A DNA stretch of 64,000 nt from Tubiluchus corallicola (GCA_030141605.1 JAQGDQ010000401.1:1-64000); one strand, 5' to 3'. Positions 50,990 to 64,000 are shown, numbered from the stretch's first letter. Notes: a model not told the origin generated them from the sequence alone. Numbers and translations are program-made.

Positions 50990-51500
50990 TGAATAAAATG
51001 TATTTCATGATTTTGCATTATTTTGATTCATTTAATCAAAAACACAACAGTCCTTTCATGCCCAAAACCCACAATCTTTCCCAATGGAAATTACCTCCCC
51101 CCCTCCCTTCGATAAGTGCTTCAGTTTGTGCATTAGCAGCTAAGACCTTGGCATGATAGTCAGACTACTTTCGAATCTAGGAAGAACAACACTTTGTCCA
51201 ACTATGACCTGGATTATTTTGAATTTAAAAGTTAAATTTTTCTGCATAAGAGACAATATTGCATGCCTCAGATGTACCCCTACTATTGGATAAATTGTTG
51301 TTGCCTATCTCCAAAACAGTGATATCTGGTGTCACATTATAAGAAATCCCACACAGTTAAGAGCATTTGCTTGAATGCATTTAGGACAGGCAATTTTGAG
51401 CATCCCCACAAATGCTGAACATCCTCCATGAATCCCTGATTGGAAAATTCTTGATTACAAAACTTCAAGCGAGTGAAATGGCCCAAGAACAACCCTCGAC
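50990..51500 (-). pseudogene. Decayed SGNH/GDSL-hydrolase-like ORF (TE-associated esterase type)
   Basis: Frameshifted blocks LFLGH(S)F.RL, PDITVLEIGNN.L, VIVGQ and YHAKVLAAN..FHW occur in SGNH block order. Confidence 0.45.
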
Positions 51501-53049
51501 GTTGCTGTTCCTAGTTTTGCTGTTGCTTTTCTTACACTGCAGCCTCAAGTCGTAATGGAGGATCATGTTTATTACACTTGATGTTATAACAGAAAGAGTC
51601 ATCTCGGAATTCGACTATCAAAAAATACTGATACCGTGACAGTTTAGTGAGAGATGCAATGTTTATCTAAATCACAGAAGTTGACTGTTTTTATGTAATT
51701 CTCATCTTCCGAATCAACAAGGTTTAAATCTCATCTTTGCTGTTAAGGATAAAAGCAAAGATACATTTTATGAAATGTGGAAGCAAGTTAAATAACTCCT
51801 CCTTAATCGCTGTGAAAGTTTGGGAACAAAAGTCATTTCAACAAGCCCACATCACAAATAATATTACTCCTAAATTTGTTTGAAACTGTTTCTAGCTGAG
51901 CATAATGTATGAAGCCTTCTCCATTAACCTGATTTATTTTAACACAGATATGTTTGTTCATTTTATTTACACAGTCAGAGATTGACTTATTCTTCTTGTT
52001 CGGCATTTTCTTCCTTTAATTAGGTAGCAATGTCAATTTTCTAAACACATAAAAATGATCACTTATGTAAACAAACTATTGTTTCAATATTATAGATGCA
52101 ACATGTTATCACTTTTTATGCAATAGTGGCACATGATGACTCATTACACCAGTTAACTCTCTATTCTAGTTTTTTTAAGAAAATGACGTCATTTTTGGTA
52201 TTTGGCGATTATAAGTACTGAAATATTTTACATCCACAGACGTCATTGAATCGGAGTTGAGTGACATTTAGGGTTCAGTGTAGCCTCCACTCGTGTAAGA
52301 ATCTACTATTAAATTTTGAACCTTGATGTAGTCGCCTTCACACATATTTTGTATTAAGCAGATTTGACTGTTCCAATATTTAACTATCATGTTTGACAGC
52401 ATTAAGTCTCTGTGTTTCCATAAAGTTCTTTTTGATGGGATCTGTTCTGATTTCTAAATCAAAAACCAAAAAATATTTGAAAAAACTATTATGGAAAATA
52501 TAAAGTTAACAAATTAATTAATACGAGTTACGTAAACTCCATAATAAAGAGTACATTGTTTACTGAACAATATGTAGCGGTTGTGTTAATGTGTAACACC
52601 TACTATTTTTACAAAGCCTTCTACACAAATTCTGGCTGCTATCGGCAAAAACTTTACTCCTGCAATTGACTTCATTTTAGGATGTTGAAACTTTTTGTAT
52701 AATACTTTCGTCATCACACGTCAAAAAATAAAAACAGAAAAGTTCAGTACCCTTCGTTATAGTCTTAAAAAGATTTTAATGTCATGACGCAAGAATTTCA
52801 GTTCTAAGTACTTTCTGGACTGCCAAACAGTAATCAAGTTTTTACTTACGTATTCAAGATATCACAAGGAAGAACGCACATCAACAAGAACTGTAACATG
52901 TTTATCTGGTCAGATATTACCAACAAGGTTGTTTATTTAAAACATCGCTAATGCAACGAAAAAATATGTAAACTAACCATTGAACTCTACATAATTTTGA
53001 TTATTTCACAACGTGGTATAATGATGTTTTATGTAGTTTTCATTAAAAC

Positions 53050-55066
53050 TGTTTCCTGTTCTGCATGATGTATGACGCCTTTCTTGAGCTAAACACATAA
53101 AAACTTAAAATGCCCTCCTCTGCATACAATTGTTATCATGCACATTTTGCAACTCATTAACTGAACTAAATTAATCATCTAACACAAAAAAATGAAATTT
53201 TGAAAAATTCCACACAGGCCTATAATAACAGTAATCTTCACGGTTGTGTATCAGGTTTCAAATGCCAAAAAGGTGTCAGGCACTCAATTCACCGTAGTTA
53301 TTTTAACACTGATATGTTTGTTCATTTTATGTGTGCTGTCCAGGATTGACTTATTCTTATTGAATATGATCACCATCAACTGGAGAACCATCTTGAAATA
53401 TCCATGATACAAATCTTTTTCTTTTCTATTTTGAGTGTAAAAGTGTGAATCTTGGTTGTTTGCACTGCTGAACAAGTAACAGAGCCACAGTGCAAACAGA
53501 CCATCTGATTCCAGTTCATTTGATTGATCTGTAAGTTGCTAGTGATCTATAGATGTCTATACACTTTTTAGTAAGCTTTCAGATTGAGCAGCATAGTTCC
53601 AGCATAGTTCTACACCTCCTCTGGTCTTTGCTGCCATACACATTCGGTAGGCTGTGTCAAATCGTGAAATCTTCGTCCTTTGTAATTACGCATACTCGGA
53701 CACTCATCTTGCCATAAAATAAACAACATTTTAAAATTTTACAATCCGAAAACTTAGACACCACATTGTTCAAGCCCACACCCTGAATAATATTACTCCT
53801 AAATTTGCTCAAAACTACTTCTAGTTTACATTATTGTATGGTACTTTCTTGAGCTAAACACACAAAAACTTAAAATGGTCTTCTCAGCATACGATTCTTA
53901 TCATGCACATTCTGCTACTCATTAGCTGAACTAAATTAATTGTCTAACACAAAAAATGGAATTTTGCAAAAGAAAGGAAAAGCCTGCAAATGCCTCTGTG
54001 TACAATAACAGCAATCTTCACAGTTGCGCATCTGATCACAAACGCCAAGTGGCTCATTCCATTCCCAATATTTATTTTAACACAAATACTTTTGTTCACT
54101 TTATTTACTAAGTCCAAGATTAATTTATTCTTATCGAATATGATCACCATCAACCCGAGAACCTTGAAAACATACATGATACAAATCTTTCCTTTTCAGT
54201 TTGGAGTGTGAATTTTGGCTGTTTACACTGCTGGACAACTAACTGAGCCACAGTGCAATCAGACCATCTGATTCCTATTCATTTGATTGATCTGTAAGCT
54301 GCTAGTGATCTATAGATGTCTACACACTTTTGTAGTAAGCTTTTAGATTGAGCAGCATAATTCCAAATAGTTCTAGCATTGTTCTACACCTCTTCTGGTC
54401 TTTACTGCCATGCATAGTCGGTAGGCTGTGTCAAATCCTTAAATCTTCGTCCTTTGTAATTACGCATACTCAGACACTCATCTTGCCATAAAATAAACAA
54501 CATTTTAAAATTTTACAATACGAAACTTAGACACCACATTGTTCAAGCCCACACCATGAATAATATTACTCCTAAATTTGTTCAAAACTGTTTCTAGTTC
54601 AGCATAATGTATGGTACTTTCTTGAGCTAAACACCCAAAAACTTAAAATGGTCTTCTCATCATACGATTGTTATCATGCACATTCTGCATCTCATTAGCT
54701 GAATAAATTAATTGTCTAACACAAAAGGCTGAAATTTGCTAAAGAAAGAAAAAGCCTGCAAATGCTTCTGCATACTATAACAGCAAACTTCACGGTTGCG
54801 CATCAGATCACAAACGCCAAGCGGTACATTCCCTTCCCAATATTTATTTTAACACAGATACTTTTGTTCACTTTATTTACTAAGTCCAAGATTAACTTAT
54901 TCTTATCGAATATGATCGCCATCAACTGGAGACCCTTCTTGAAAATGTATATGATACAAATCTTTTCCTTTTCAGTTCAGAGTGTGAATCTTGGTTGTTT
55001 GCACTGCTGGACAACTAACTGACCATCTGATTCCTATTCATTTGATCGATCTATAAGCTGCTAGTG
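53050..55066. repeat. Tandem array of ~770-bp units (~2.6 close copies, with older diverged pieces at ~51840-52040 and ~52800-53050)
   Basis: CTTGAGCTAAACAC at 53083, 53848 and 54621 (periods 765, 773); long shared blocks throughout. Confidence 0.92.
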
Positions 55067-55781
55067 GTTGCAAATGCCCAGATGAGTTACAGAAGCTGGT
55101 TCTACGGTCTCCCAAAATTTCTTTTTTCAGAGTGCATATACAGGGTTTGGTAGTCTTGATCGTCTCAAGAAGCTGACTGGGAGGTATCCTGGAAATTCTG
55201 ATATTTACACACTGTCTTGAATTAGTGATATTTTCCAAAACTACAACTTTTTATCACTATTACTTAGCTTTGTGAAGGATGAGTTTGTAGAGGACAGGAA
55301 GTACGTCTGTAATGTAAACATATTTCATTTGAGGAGAACTAAGTGGATGGTAGATAGCCTTTTGCTAAGAGGCATGATTGCACTAAGTGATAGTACAAAA
55401 CAATTACATCAAAATATTGCTGAAACAATGAAGAATCTATCATGCACCAAGTATTGCCTCGCACGTTTTGCACAATCTCACACTTGACGTGTTGATAGGA
55501 GTGGGAAGTTGAAAGATCAGTGTCGAACTCAAGATCCTCCAATGCATCATGCAAATGTCTCATATGGTTGTCTTTGAATACCAAACAATGGGATGTTCTT
55601 TGTTTTCTTATCTTTGCTTTGCATTGTAGGATACCTCCAAACATAGAAGTGTTGAGGTCAAGCGAATCCCGAAGTTTTCAGTTTTGTTATTCAAATCCTC
55701 ATGATTGCAGATGTTGTAAGATAGTGTGAAGTTTCTCCTATAAGTATTGAACTTATATAAGTAATTGACTTTCTATTGTTT

Positions 55782-56024
55782 CAGCTATACTTTGATGTAA
55801 TAAATTGTTCTTTACTATTACTTTTTGTTTTTGTACTCCCATAGGAAAAGGTTATGTAAAACCCAGGACTGCAAAAAAGTTGGCATTATACTGAGATTGG
55901 CTTCATAACATGGTGAATTAATACATACATGTCTATGCAAATATAGACATTTTGTTTTGCTAAAAAATTTTGCATTAAGTGAGGTTTGCATTATAAAGGC
56001 GGGTGTTATAACAAAGTTTGACTG
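55782..56024. mobile_element. pogo/Tigger-type MITE
   Basis: Right end GTTATAACAAAGTTTGACTG|TA; degenerate left end CAGCTATACTTTGATGTAAT. Confidence 0.45.
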
Positions 56025-57289
56025 TAGCACTAATTTAGCTGATGAAGCTCATGAGACTGAAAGCTACCAACAGAAAACAAACTGAGACTTTATTTTGTAA
56101 ACTTCATAGCTAAATTGAAAAGCAATTTTCAACCACCGTTATCTCATGACCCAATTTCACGGTGGGACCCCTCTTGGCCACACTGTTTTGCAGTCAGAAT
56201 TTTTTAATGTAGTTTATGTTACACAAATTGATAAATTTAAACTAAGTTTTATACCCAACTTCTTTTTTTTCTGTTATTCATTTTTCTGTATGTGTATGTG
56301 TATGGCATTTTAACTTTTACAGTTTGAACCAGTGTTCATGTCTGCAGTCTTCCGTGAAATGTCTGAATATATAAGACTTGATTTGTCTAGCATTTTCTCA
56401 TTGTGAAACCACCCCTTTTAACAGATCTGGTTTTTAAAGGCAATTTATGAAAAGTCAGTCCAGGAATTGATATTCTCTGTCTGTGATATTCTCCAGTACA
56501 CTGTACGACACTACGCAGGCATCCCAGCAATTTTCCAGTCTGTGACAAGCACTCGATAACAATAAAGTCACTTAGGCCTATACCTATAGACAAAATGACC
56601 ACAGACCTGCTAAGACCACATATCTATCCACATCAAACGGAACCACACCAGGAGTTATCATGATGAACTTAGCCAGGATTTTGCTTTTCCTCCACTCTTA
56701 AGCCTGTCAAACTCTTTAAACGTGTTTCTCATTTCATCTCTCTAGATGACACTACTTTTTCTGATAGGTAAATTACTGTCTTTTCGGACAAAGACCACCA
56801 CTCCGAGGTTGCAATGGCTCACATCTACCAATCAGTGAGAGCAGCAGCTCAAAAAGTATGTCTACTCATCCAACATGCTCCCCTCATGATTTTTAAACTG
56901 AAATTCAAAATAACTTGAAATTGAAAATGACACTGATTAATCCGAAATATCATAGGGTCCGTATGTGGCCATACAGAAATAAGTGATGCATTCTCAAAAC
57001 TGACAATACCATTAAGATGCCACATATGATCGAATTTTTACAAAAAAAAATAGATAGATTAAACTGTGACAATTCTGAGTGAAAATTAAAAAAGCTGCAA
57101 AAATTTCCATTAATTAGTAATGCACACTTACGAAACGCCATGAAGGTGGGCACAGTTTTCAAAAATGACTGCAAACCAAATTTGTTTGGTGTTGGATAAC
57201 AATAATTATTTCCTTTCCTTTTTAGGTGAGATGTTCTAAGCTTGTAAACTTTGTGGTAATCTCAATATTGTACTTTCTAATTCCTTTCG

Positions 57290-57480
57290 CTGATCCTGTC
57301 CTGTCCTGTTCTATTCTCTGTTCGGTTGTGGTCTGCTCTACTCCACTCAATTTCACCCTACTTTGTTGTTTCATTATGTCCTGTCCTTTCTGTTCCACTC
57401 TGTTCGGTTCTGTTCCGCCCTGTTCTCTTCCGTTCTGTTCTGTTTTGTTTCGTTCATTCTATTCTAATCTGTTCTATTTT
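57290..57480. repeat. Degenerate (TTCTG/TCCTG)n pentanucleotide repeat
   Basis: Read directly; it accounts for the Cys/Ser/Phe-rich ORF 57226..57558. Confidence 0.75.
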
Positions 57481-58879
57481 TTGCTGTTTGTCATAATGGC
57501 TTCACTCTTCCTGCTTTATGATATTTGTCCAAATATCCTCTGTTTCACTAGGCCGTGACTTTTTATGTGACAATCTGGACTCTCTGGACTTATTAGACGT
57601 GCTCCTTGGTCCGAAAGGTTCAACCTAGGTCTTTGCTCCCAAGCCCTGAGATGTTAAGACAATTAGACGTATAGTGGACCCCCAACTACATGTGTATTGA
57701 GATTGCTACTAGCCAAGATATTTACCAACACGCTACAAACAGTTAAATCTGCCATTAATACTACTAATTGAGGGAATATGGTGCATTGTGTCTGTCGATT
57801 GAAATAATCGCCTAAATTCTGATTATATAGAGGCATTGACGCGGACAAACACTTGTTCCTTCATTTGTACTATATTTTTACTATTGCGCGTTATATGTAG
57901 ATGGTTTATCATGATACTCTCATCATACTGGCAGCCATAGCGGTGCTTATTTCAGTATGGTTTTACACTATTCAAATCAATGGAAGCCTGTTGTAGTTAC
58001 ACATTTTTATATTGCCAACATATATATATATATATATATATATATTGCATTTGCTTGTCTAGTTTCAACCTATAATCAAGTTAATCACATCGTCTGCTTG
58101 GATTTATTTATTTAGTTATGGTAAACATTCATGATATGCTGGTAGCATTAAACAACATTGACAATTTCAGGTACCATAGTAGTATCAGGTACAGAAACAG
58201 TTATAGATGCTGACTCTGCCAGAAGTTCTGAGCTAATCTACTGGGCAAGTGTTGAACATGTATTTCAATAAATCTGCCCTTTAAAATACCTGTGTACTTT
58301 CGGTTGCTATCCTAGATAATGAAGTAACGCTTTCTGTGTGATTTATACTGTATTTGTGTATATGTGCCATTTCTACCACAAGTCTCAATAATTACTCTAA
58401 AAGGGATTCGTCAAGGAGACCTGTGCTCCGAGCCAGTGTTGTATGCTATCGCTCAGCTGTTTTCATCTACATGAATTTACTATAGATTTTTCCGGTTCCT
58501 ATTTCATCAAAGAGCCTAGAAAAATAGTTCTGTAGCTTAAACGCACACTCCAAGAACGCGATAAAACCAAAACTCCAAACAAGTGAATTAAAATAAACAA
58601 GCTCCCTGCTTTAGAGGTTTAATTCGAAATTTCCAGCATACAGGACAGTTTATTGTGATAATATATGAAGTCTTTCAAACAAGAACGTTTTTCACAGAAA
58701 CATGGGCCGAAATAAGGCACCGTTATATTGACAGTTACATTTTTGCAGTGAATTCGAATACGTGTTGGAAGATGATTATTAAAAGTTGATGTTAGTGGCA
58801 AGTGCCAAACTTTATAAGTCACAACGAAACGAACAAAAAGTTAATATAACATATAACAATTAAAACCAGCCAATTGACT

Positions 58880-59300
58880 TTGCACTTTCTGGTTTTTCAC
58901 CTTATAGTTTGAATCGCATTATTAAGAACATTTATAATCCTTCTACAATATTCATTAATCAGATTCATTGTTAACGTCTTGGACGCCAAGTCGAAACTGC
59001 AGCCCAGATCTGTCACTGAGAGGTGCAGTCAAGGACAACACAAGTGATTTGATTTCAGTGTAGTAGACACCACCACACTCATGTACTCGTCCGCACAAGC
59101 ACTAATTCGTGTCAATGAGACCCACATGTATAACAGTCAAGTCGAATGACTCGAACTTCTCTAGTTTTTTCACAATATTTTTCTTAGGCGTGGTATGTTG
59201 CATGCACTCATGATTTTCGATCGATATGAGACAGTTGATGTCAATGTACTGTGCCACTGAATCGCGAAGAAAATCTAACAGTCTTAAGATTGGCTCTCAT
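58880..59300 (-). pseudogene. Second decayed SGNH-hydrolase-like ORF
   Basis: FLRDSVAQYI (GDS-like block I), FDLTVIHVGLID (HxGxND-like block III), SLTAPLSDR, VQDVNN; in-frame stops. Confidence 0.4.
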
Positions 59301-59742
59301 CATGTGCTGTCTTAGATGGCTGCAGCGGGGTCCATTTGCATTAGTGTCTGGGAGCTCATGTCATTGCTCACCGCATTTTTTGTTATACTTCATGTTATTT
59401 TTAGAAAAAATTAAAGACGTACTCTCTACATCTGCAACAATGAAAAAAATGTAGTCGACTGTTACTAGAAACTCGTTTAGCAAGATCAAATTTAGTTAAT
59501 TTAATGGAATTATCTTTCCAAACAATAATGTGGAACTGTTAAAAATTATTGAAAATTTTCTTTTTTATGTGAAAAATATTGTAAAATACTTAGTTTTAGT
59601 GAATGGTTTTTACAACATTCAGTTTCAAAACATCGTAGCAGTTAGTACTATTACAGTATTTGACGAAAATGGTTTGATTTAGATTTTGTAAATTCAGACG
59701 TAGGACATTTTAGAGTATAATGTGTAATTAAAACCAAAACAC

Positions 59743-60227
59743 TTAGTGATTTCTGCCCCTATTTTGCTGCTGCTGAAACTGTCTTTGTACCGGTCTGTGT
59801 CGTCGTCGTCTGATTTTGTTTCTGAAAGGTATGTGTTGTCTGTTGTTGTTCTGATGATGTTGATGATGATGTTGTTGTTGCTGTTGCTGTTGATGTAAAA
59901 GTTGCTGCTGGTGGTGGTGTTGTTGTTCTAGCTGCTGTTGTTGCATATTTGAAATTCTATCTATTTGTGTTTGCATATAACCCATAAATTGAATTTTTGT
60001 TGCTGATGTGAATGTTCGTGTTCATGTTGTTGCTGTTGTTGTGCCTGTTGTTGCTGTTGTTGTGCTTGTTCTTCCTGCTGCTGTGGTTCTGCATGTTGTA
60101 GGGCTTGCTGTTGTTGTTGTAACTCCTGTTCTTGTTGTTCCTTTTCCTGTCTGTTTACGTTGTCCAGTCTGTATCTTGGGTGTTCTGTGGGTCTATTGAT
60201 GTTTAATCCCTCGAATTTCTGTAACAT
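59743..60227 (-). pseudogene. Frameshifted polyQ/His-rich ORF with Arg-rich C-terminus
   Basis: ORFs 59961..60263 and 59743..59985 join through a 1-nt indel in an A-run (~59990): MLQKFEG..QQQ..QFMGYMQTQ..QQHHH..RNKIRRRRHRPVQRQF.. Confidence 0.5.
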
Positions 60228-62299
60228 AGACGTATTTTTGTGAAAAAAACAAAGATTTTTCAAAACAACGTGGAAAATTATTTTTTATTTCACTTAGATT
60301 CATTTTAAGTCCGACATGTTATTCATAAAACTTTAGACTTAAATTTTGTATGTTTTAGATCATCATTTTAGATATTTTCTCTTTGATAATAAATGTTAAT
60401 GCATAGTATTTGCTAGAATGTTTATATTACCTTAACAAATTCTAAGTTTTTGTTCACCTTCACTCCCCACACTGGCACCATGGACATGAATACACAGAGG
60501 AAAGTTATTACAAAAATACTTATAATTGTTCATAAAGGTTTCAAGAAAATAATTTAATAGCTAAAAAATTTAATATAGTAAAAATATTTTATCTATATAT
60601 TACTAAGCAAAATACTTGGAAAAACATCACAGACATGTGATCGGTAAATCAGGATAAATTTACAGTTGCAATAAAATTTACTTGCAACAAAATAAAAACT
60701 GTTGTGAATAATACTAAACGCTCACAGCCTAGTGGAGAAATTTTGAAAAAAATTACAATGAGGACTTACGATGAAACGAAGCAAATTGATCCGAAATAAG
60801 ATGGTTAGCGAAATATTAAAAAAAAGCACTGACTTGTTTGAAGTCTAATTCCGAAATGACGATATAAGTTCCAATTTCGTACCACGCATTGTTTACATTT
60901 GTAAAATAATGGGTTAAATGAAAAGCAAATTAATAATTATATATAGGTCACTAACAATCAATTCCTTTATATATCAAGAGTAATTTTATTTCATTAAACA
61001 TTGTTGGTGGTATAATATTTGGCAATAGCATCTATATATTAATCGGTGGTATATATTTCGTATATATTAATTTCGGTGGTATTTATATATACATTTATAT
61101 ATATATATATAATAATGTATATTATATGTATTATATGTATAATATATAATATATATATATTATAGTTATATTTACATTTCGCGGAAGGGCCACCAATACA
61201 CACTAGAAGCATTTTCCCGGACCCTACCACGCAAATTTTGCAGAAAACTGCTTAAACAGCCGCTAGAAAAACTCAATTTGTGCAACTGTTTGGGCATGCT
61301 GGGAAAAAATAAACACATTCGCAGAAAGAGGGCGAAACAGTCTACGAAGTGCTGGTGGTTTCACTAGGTGAGATGTATACTGGATGAAATAGGATGGGTG
61401 TATTTCGAAAGTTCTTTTTCTACCCCCTGTGCTGCACGCTATCTGGAACATCGATTGTCTTTGTGTTTGAGAAATTTTGCGGCTGTTCCAGGCATTGTGT
61501 CCACCCGTCATTCTACAGTGTTATAGATTTTACAAATAAATAAGTTCTGTTAACTTATTATCATCTGCGAAGCAGCAAAACAAAGCTATGTGAAAAATAT
61601 TTTGAATGGTTTTGCTGTGTTGCTGTACTGTTGGTGTTGTAGGTGTCGTCATCGTTGTCGTCATCATCATCTTCTTCAACATCATGATCACCGTATGAAG
61701 TGGTTGGTGTGGTGTGAATGGTGTGCTGTGGGTGTTGTGTTGTGGATGGTGTCGTGGAGTGAGGTGGTGTGGTGGGTGTGGTGTAGTTTGGTCTGGGTGG
61801 TGTGGTGTGGGTGATGTGGTGTGGGTTGTTGTTGTGAGTTTATGCGCAAAATTCTTTTGCGGGGTTTGGCTAGTCTATATATTAATTTCAGTGGTATGGG
61901 CTTAATATATATATATATATAAGATTCAAGGCTACAGCTCCGACGGCGGCACCATTTGCGGTGGCCTATATATCAAGCGAAAGGTCTCGATGTAGTGTCG
62001 TGCCATTGATGGTTTATTTTTCGAATCGGGCCCACCCGGACGAACGAGGGGCCAAAAATGGCCATTGTTCGCGCGTTTTTTGCAAAACGTATACCTCTTA
62101 TTTCTGAAGAATGTCAATGGGCCGGGGGCGGTGCCAACTATCCATAGATAGCCCGTTCAGCGGTGGGTGTAGTAGGCGTACTTAGAATTTGCGAGAAGGC
62201 CACAGCGTCCCTTAACAGTGCAGAAAAACGTTCTAGCGGCGCCTGGTGGGACTCTCGAAGGGAGATGTATAACTCTTCAGAAAGAGGAAGGACTACATG

Positions 62300-63363
62300 A
62301 TGATGTGGACTATATTTTAGGTCAGGTCCGCCAAGAGGAGTGTCGATGAGTTAATTAGAGGTTCTATTTTCTGCAATTTTCGTTGGGAAAACTGCTGACG
62401 CAAAGTCATTGTTCTGACGTCATCCATTATACTCTGTCTATAACCTTTTAACTTTAATTCACTAAAAGCTGTTGCTGCCGGCTTTGCGTTAGGTAAATAA
62501 ACTAACACTAGGTAGAATGTTCGCGCATTGTTGATAAGTGAATTTATGCGCAAAATATTTTGCGAGGCCTTTGCTAGTGTCTATAAACTATTTCTCTGGT
62601 TGGCTATGATCACCAGCCAGTTGACAGCACATCCAGTTTTGCGAGACAAATCTTCGACTGGGGGAGAGATTTACTGTCACCATCCAGATCGGATCGCGAT
62701 ACTCACAGTCATGCTGGAGAGGAGGTGTCGTTGGGGTATCGATCGGATGGGACTCCAGGTTTGATAGAAGCGTCGCCAGGTAATGAGTTGTGTGGCTTCT
62801 CGTATGAGAGCGAAGTAATATTTAACCTGCCTTGTGCATGTATGCCTAAAAAGCCTGTTGCTTCTGCATTGACTAATCATACTAATGCGTATACTAATAA
62901 TATGCCAGGTGATGGCCCAGCGGTTACCAGCGGTGCATCTTACGGAGTGGAGGGGCCTCAGCGGCCGACAAGTACTGTGCCGAAGCGTGCGCTGTCGAAT
63001 AAAGCAACAGATAGCGCTGGAATGAAAAGCTTGTAGGAGTAAAGGAAAGCTGTGTTAAACAGTGAGTTTGCTTAAAGTGGGGATTAATTTACTAAATTAA
63101 TAATTTAAGATTAAATACTTTACGATGCGAGATTAAATTATCGTCGTGGCTAGAAGAATAGTTAGGTGTGGCATCACGTGATCAGCTGATATTCCACCGG
63201 CTGACTCAGAAGTAAAGATTGATAATGTTTTGAGGCCCGCACCTCGAGCAGATTAGGAACCGACTTGGAGACGGAGGGCTGGCATTACCATCCTCTTTAA
63301 TAAATGTGCACTTTATTAAATAAAGTCTTGATAGTTTGCCATGCCCATTGTGGCTACCTTACA
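62300..63363 (+). mobile_element. Probable Gypsy-like LTR retrotransposon 3' remnant (integrase tail, PPT, LTR)
   Basis: KLFLW..ITSQLTAHPVL..HPDRI resembles the integrase C-terminal region; purine tract AAAGTGGGGA at ~63074; AATAAA...CCTTACA end at 63363. Confidence 0.35.
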
Positions 63364-64000
63364 CGCCACGCAATAAACAACAATAATCAGCAAGCAGCTT
63401 TAACTACTATAATAAACAGACTTTAACGCAACCACTATACCAATTATTTTACTGTAGGCCTTCAATTCGCTTACCTAAAGTACACGCCAAGTGTGCAGTA
63501 AATAAAATAACATAACGTGCAACCTTCTGGCGGAAGAAGTGGAGATTCTAGAATGACGCATTTCACAAATACAGTCGCAACAGTTTTTGTGCCAAAGCAT
63601 ATATATAAATGAAGTGAATTAATAGTAGGTCTAATTCCTACGAGCCAGTTTGGGTCCTAGAAAAAAATCCAGTGATTCTTCACTCACTTCAGCTGTCGCA
63701 CTTTTTTAAACTCTAGTGCATTTACCCCAATGACTTGAAATTTGGAAGAAATGATTAGTTACGATGTCCTTGGTCTAAAAAATTGTAACAATGCGTGTGT
63801 TAATTAACTACAGTTGTTTCAATAAGTAATTTTTAGATTCACTGAAAAAATTATGAAGAGCTGACGTGTATGGTGCCAAATCTTTACACGTGGGTGTTAC
63901 TTTTGGTAAAGACCTAGTTATTGATCTGATGATAAGGCCCATCATCTGATTTTGTAATAACTTTCTGGTTTGTAAAGTTTATATTGTAAGCTGCAAATTT

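Noticed and set aside
53050-55066. CRISPR-like interpretation of the repeated blocks
   Set aside because: The units are ~770 bp contiguous duplications without unique spacers, in a eukaryotic genome with no cas genes.
61590-61905. Val/Trp/Gly/Cys-rich plus-strand ORFs
   Set aside because: Translations of (GGTGT)-like low-complexity repeats.

Overview
AT-rich, intron-containing animal genomic DNA (invertebrate, plausibly lophotrochozoan; the taxon is an inference). There are no prokaryotic features or CRISPR arrays. Three host genes are supported. (1) The first coding exon of a plasma-membrane Na+/H+ exchanger (SLC9A/NHE) on the minus strand at 5669-5978, running off the left edge. (2) A 4-exon, ~236-aa secreted Gly/Tyr/His-rich protein with ten GGHGGGY heptads at 15008-17342 (+), which the ORF track only partly shows. 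(3) A complete 9-exon mitochondrial tRNA-modification GTPase, GTPBP3/MnmE, at 36708-45120 (+), 573 aa. The rest is largely transposon-derived. The clearest structure is a CR1/L2-group LINE (~22013-33714, -) split by two nested DNA transposons whose ends and target-site duplications can be read directly. One is a 934-bp TGT..ACA non-autonomous element with a 5-bp TSD (Ginger2-like). The other is an 8.07-kb TAGGG-ended hAT-like element with a 7-bp TSD, whose decayed transposase ends in two tandem Spindlin (Spin/Ssty)-like Tudor repeats. This putative chromatin-reading transposase is the most interesting signal in the window. The right third holds an ISL2EU/Harbinger fragment, two SGNH-hydrolase-like remnants, a ~770-bp tandem array, a frameshifted polyQ/Arg-rich ORF, a possible Polinton-like terminus and a probable Gypsy remnant. 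All family assignments come from motif recognition by eye, not database searches.
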